DNA from: an uncultured Acidobacteriota bacterium | Lineage (GTDB): Bacteria; Acidobacteriota; Thermoanaerobaculia; UBA5066; Gp7-AA6 | Length of the DNA stretch: 64,000 nucleotides | Direction: 5' to 3' | Assembly (NCBI GenBank): GCA_963723535.1 | Contig: CAVRRE010000008.1 | Location: 49,047-113,046 of the forward strand | Shown here: piece after piece, positions 59,732 through 64,000 of the stretch | Position numbering within the stretch: position 1 is the first letter of the stretch | How the letters are laid out: each line of letters opens with the position of its first letter | The notes under the pieces: generated by a model | What the model was told of the DNA's origin: nothing | Seen by the model: only the letters and a program-made list of their open reading frames with translations | Databases searched by the model: none | Program-made: the position numbers and the translations under genes

Positions 59732-60423
59732 GGCGCGGCGGCGGAGACGCGCTCCGCGAGCTGGAGATCCGCGAACGCGAAGCCGTCCCGCTCGACGACA
59801 TGAAGCGCCCCCGCCGCGGTCTCCACCGGAGACTCGAACATGGGCCCGTTGGTGACGCACGTGTGGAACTCGCCGTTCTCGCCGCAGGGATCGACGTCGT
59901 CGGGAAGCTCCGTCAGAAACGCCGCGTCGAACGCGCGGCCGGCGAACGAGGGCGGCAGTCGGCGCGGATCCACGCAAACCACGGTCGCCTCGAGGCCGGC
60001 TCCGATCATTTCCGCCGCCAGAGCCGCAGTGTCGCGGCCCCAGAGCGGAAACAGCGGCGTCATCCCCGAACCCGCGAGCATGCGCTCCCGATACGCCCGC
60101 ACGTCTTCGAGGAAGAGGTCACCGAACACGATGTGCGTGACGCCGTCCGCGCGCGCCGTGGCGACCGCCTCCCCCATCGCGCGCTCGTAGTCGGCGTTGA
60201 CGCACCCGGCGGGGATGCGGACCTTGCGGCACGGCAGCCCCAGGGCCTCCGCCTGGCGGTCCAGGATCGCTTCGCGGACTCCGTGCATGGAAACCCGGCC
60301 GTATGGATCCGTCAAGGTCGTCAACAGGCCGACGAGCTCGACCTCGCCGCGATTCCGCTCGAAATGGAGAGCGAAGGCGCTGTCCTTGCCGCTGCTCCAG
60401 GCGACGAGCGCTCTCGGCCGCAC
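59728..60423 (-). CDS. PP-loop ATP pyrophosphatase of the MJ0570/Dph6-like (DUF71) family
   Basis: N-terminal SSGKDS PP-loop (ALVAWSSGKDSAFAL) and family-like length and C-terminal ..GENGEFHT.. block. Confidence 0.65.
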   Translation of the reverse strand: MRPRALVAWSSGKDSAFALHFERNRGEVELVGLLTTLTDPYGRVSMHGVREAILDRQAEALGLPCRKVRIPAGCVNADYERAMGEAVATARADGVTHIVFGDLFLEDVRAYRERMLAGSGMTPLFPLWGRDTAALAAEMIGAGLEATVVCVDPRRLPPSFAGRAFDAAFLTELPDDVDPCGENGEFHTCVTNGPMFESPVETAAGALHVVERDGFAFADLQLAERVSAAAP

Positions 60424-60437
60424 GGCGCTCCGCCTCG

Positions 60438-61001
60438 TCAGGCCCGGCTGTCCCAGAGGACGTCCGGGACACCGACCCGCTTGTTCTCGTGCCGCGCCAT
60501 GACGAAGAGGGCGTCGGAGAGGCGGTTCAGGTACTGGATCGCGAAGGGGCCGATGGTCTCCTTGCGCGAGAGCGCGATCACGAGCCTCTCGGCGCGGCGG
60601 CAGACCGTGCGCGCGACGTGCAGGGCGGCGGCCGAAGGGCTGCCGCCCGGAAGAACGAAGTTCTCGAGCGGCGGAAGCTCTTCGGAGAGCCGGTCCATCA
60701 GAACCTCGAGGGCGTCGACGTGGCGCGACTCGATTCCGGGGACCGGCCGCTTCGCCTTGTCCTTCTCGAGAATCGCCAGGTCGGATCCGAGATGGAACAG
60801 CTCGTTCTGGATTCCCGCGAGCGGCGCTCGAAGAGCCTCGCCGACCCCCGCCGCGACGGCGACCCCGATCAGGCTGTTGAGCTCGTCGACCGTGCCGTAA
60901 GCGGCGATGCGCAGCGAGTCCTTCGCGACGCGTTGCCCGCCGCCGAGGCCCGTCGTCCCGTCGTCGCCGGTTCGCGTGTAGACCCTGGTGATCCGAGGCA
61001 T
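60438..61001 (-). CDS. pduO: PduO-type ATP:cob(I)alamin adenosyltransferase
   Basis: ..[16 protein letters not shown].. N-terminal signature and ..RTVCRRAER.. helix. Confidence 0.9.
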   Translation of the reverse strand: MPRITRVYTRTGDDGTTGLGGGQRVAKDSLRIAAYGTVDELNSLIGVAVAAGVGEALRAPLAGIQNELFHLGSDLAILEKDKAKRPVPGIESRHVDALEVLMDRLSEELPPLENFVLPGGSPSAAALHVARTVCRRAERLVIALSRKETIGPFAIQYLNRLSDALFVMARHENKRVGVPDVLWDSRA

Positions 61002-61008
61002 GCTGCTG

Positions 61009-62856
<1,848 letters not shown>

Positions 62857-63429
62857 CCAGCCCGAAGAGCGCCGCCGTCCCGAGGAGGTCGGCCGCGAGC
62901 GTCGCCCAGAAGAACGGGATGGCCGCGACAAAGCAGAGTGAGAGTCCGGCCGGTGTCTTCGGGTACTTCGGGTCGACGATCCACTCCGCGAAGTTGGACG
63001 TGACGAAGAAGAGGAGCGAGGCGCCGACGGAGAACGCGGCGAGCCGGCCCGGACGCGCGCGCTCTCGCAGTCGGCGCCCGGCGAGCACGATCACGGCGAA
63101 GGTCGCGTAGATCGTGAGCCGCATGGCCGAGACGGCCGCCCGCCCGGTGCCGAAGTCGAGGACCGCGTCCGAGAGCGCGAGGGCTCCGACGGGCACGGTC
63201 CACGCCCAGCGGAGCGGCAGACGCGCGCCGGAAAAGAGCGCGAGAGCTCCCAGGGCAACGAAGTTGGGTGGATGAGGAATCAGCCGGGAGAAAGCGCCGA
63301 GCAAGACGAGCAGAACGATTCCCAGGGTCGCCATTCGAACCTCCCGTTCGACAAGACGGCTGTCTCGGGCGGGTTCGAGAAGAGTCCCGCGCCCCGGGAA
63401 TTCGAAGGCGCGTCTCTCGTGGGCCCCGT

Positions 63430-63630
63430 CCGAGAAGCGTTTCGTCCGGCAGGTCTCCTGGCTTCCGGATCTTCCGCCTGCGGGCTCCTTCCCGGACGCG
63501 CAACCGGCGTGGGCCGATCTCTCGCATCCAGTGGTTTGCCGCCCGAGGCGTCCCCGGTGACAGTGGCGGGGGCCGCGCGGGATTTTCACCCGCTTCCCTT
63601 CGCCGAACGATTCAAAGAGCCGCGAAGGGG
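63430..63630 (-). promoter_or_regulatory. cobalamin (B12) riboswitch
   Basis: The minus-strand sequence contains GGGAAGCGGGTGAAAATCCCGCGCGGCCCCCGCCACTGT ... CACTGG ... GGGAAGGAG ... and the B12 box AGCCAGGAGACCTGCC (reverse complement of 63448-63463). It lies directly upstream of the membrane protein/btuB operon. Confidence 0.85.
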
Positions 63631-63675
63631 TCGAACCATAACGCGTCGCCCGACTTCACGCAACCTCCGCATAGA

Positions 63676-64000
63676 ATGCAAAAAATGCGCGGTCCCGACT
63701 ACACGCTCGATCTCGACCGCCTGCGGCGGGTCGGGTTCCCCGAAGTCGTGCTCGCCGAAGGCAAATCCACCGCGCAGATCATCGAGATCTGCCGGCAGTT
63801 GTCGCGAGCGCACGACGTGCTCGTCACGCGCCTCTCCCCGGAGGGCTGGGAGGACGTGTCGAGCTCGCCGCTGCCGGGCCGCGCCGACTACGATCCGCGT
63901 TCCGCCACGCTCCATCTCTCGGTCGGCAAGCCCATGCCCCGCGTCGAGGGCACCGTGGCCGTGGTCACGGCCGGCACCTCCGACACGCCCGTCGCCGAGG
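63676..64000 (+). CDS. larB: nickel-pincer cofactor biosynthesis protein LarB (PurE-like), N-terminal part (3' end beyond window)
   Basis: MQKMRGPDYTLDLDRLRRVGFPEVVLAEGKS... and ..VAVVTAGTSDTPVAE at the window edge match the LarB pattern. Confidence 0.7.
   Translation, partial: MQKMRGPDYTLDLDRLRRVGFPEVVLAEGKSTAQIIEICRQLSRAHDVLVTRLSPEGWEDVSSSPLPGRADYDPRSATLHLSVGKPMPRVEGTVAVVTAGTSDTPVAE

Noticed and set aside
63601-63660. tRNA-like GGTTCGACCCC segment on the minus strand
   Set aside because: No acceptor, D or anticodon arms can be drawn around it. It lies at the 5' edge of the riboswitch region.

Overview
Very GC-rich bacterial chromosomal segment. The protein families suggest an Acidobacteriota-like soil or sediment organism, but that is only a guess. 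I support about 70 protein-coding genes and one clear cis-regulatory RNA, a cobalamin riboswitch on the minus strand at ~63430-63630. I found no rRNA, tRNA, CRISPR array, transposase, integrase or phage genes.

Gene content:
- An inositol module: Gfo/Idh/MocA oxidoreductase, CDP-alcohol phosphatidyltransferase fusion, myo-inositol-1-phosphate synthase.
- Housekeeping genes: dinB, citrate synthase, proC, msrA/msrB, tyrS, RNase II-family.
- Two ECF sigma/anti-sigma modules.
- A peptide-scavenging neighbourhood: M2/ACE-like, M24, DUF885, M55/DppA peptidases and an OPT transporter.
- A lipid-remodelling stretch: desaturase, CFA synthase, DUF2062, PlsB-like acyltransferase.
- An ArsR/SRPBCC pair next to an MsbA-like ABC exporter, and a Fur/FTR1 pair.
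- A riboswitch-led B12 uptake/salvage operon.

The strongest technical signal is roughly 30 reading-frame disruptions in about 20 otherwise conserved genes, several at short C/G runs. This looks like indel sequencing error rather than biology. It also produces fake fusion ORFs in the six-frame track.

I see no canonical defence or mobile system. The items most worth following up are:
1. An uncharacterised beta-rich module that recurs in different fusions: on the C-terminus of a DUF4394 protein, on the N-terminus of two tandem cupredoxin proteins, and as a remnant in a truncated paralog.
2. The B12 operon, with an uncharacterised small membrane protein, a PP-loop ATPase and a signal-less BtuF-like protein.
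3. The inositol operon with a short nucleotidyltransferase-like head.
4. Unusual octamer-repeat hairpins at convergent gene ends.
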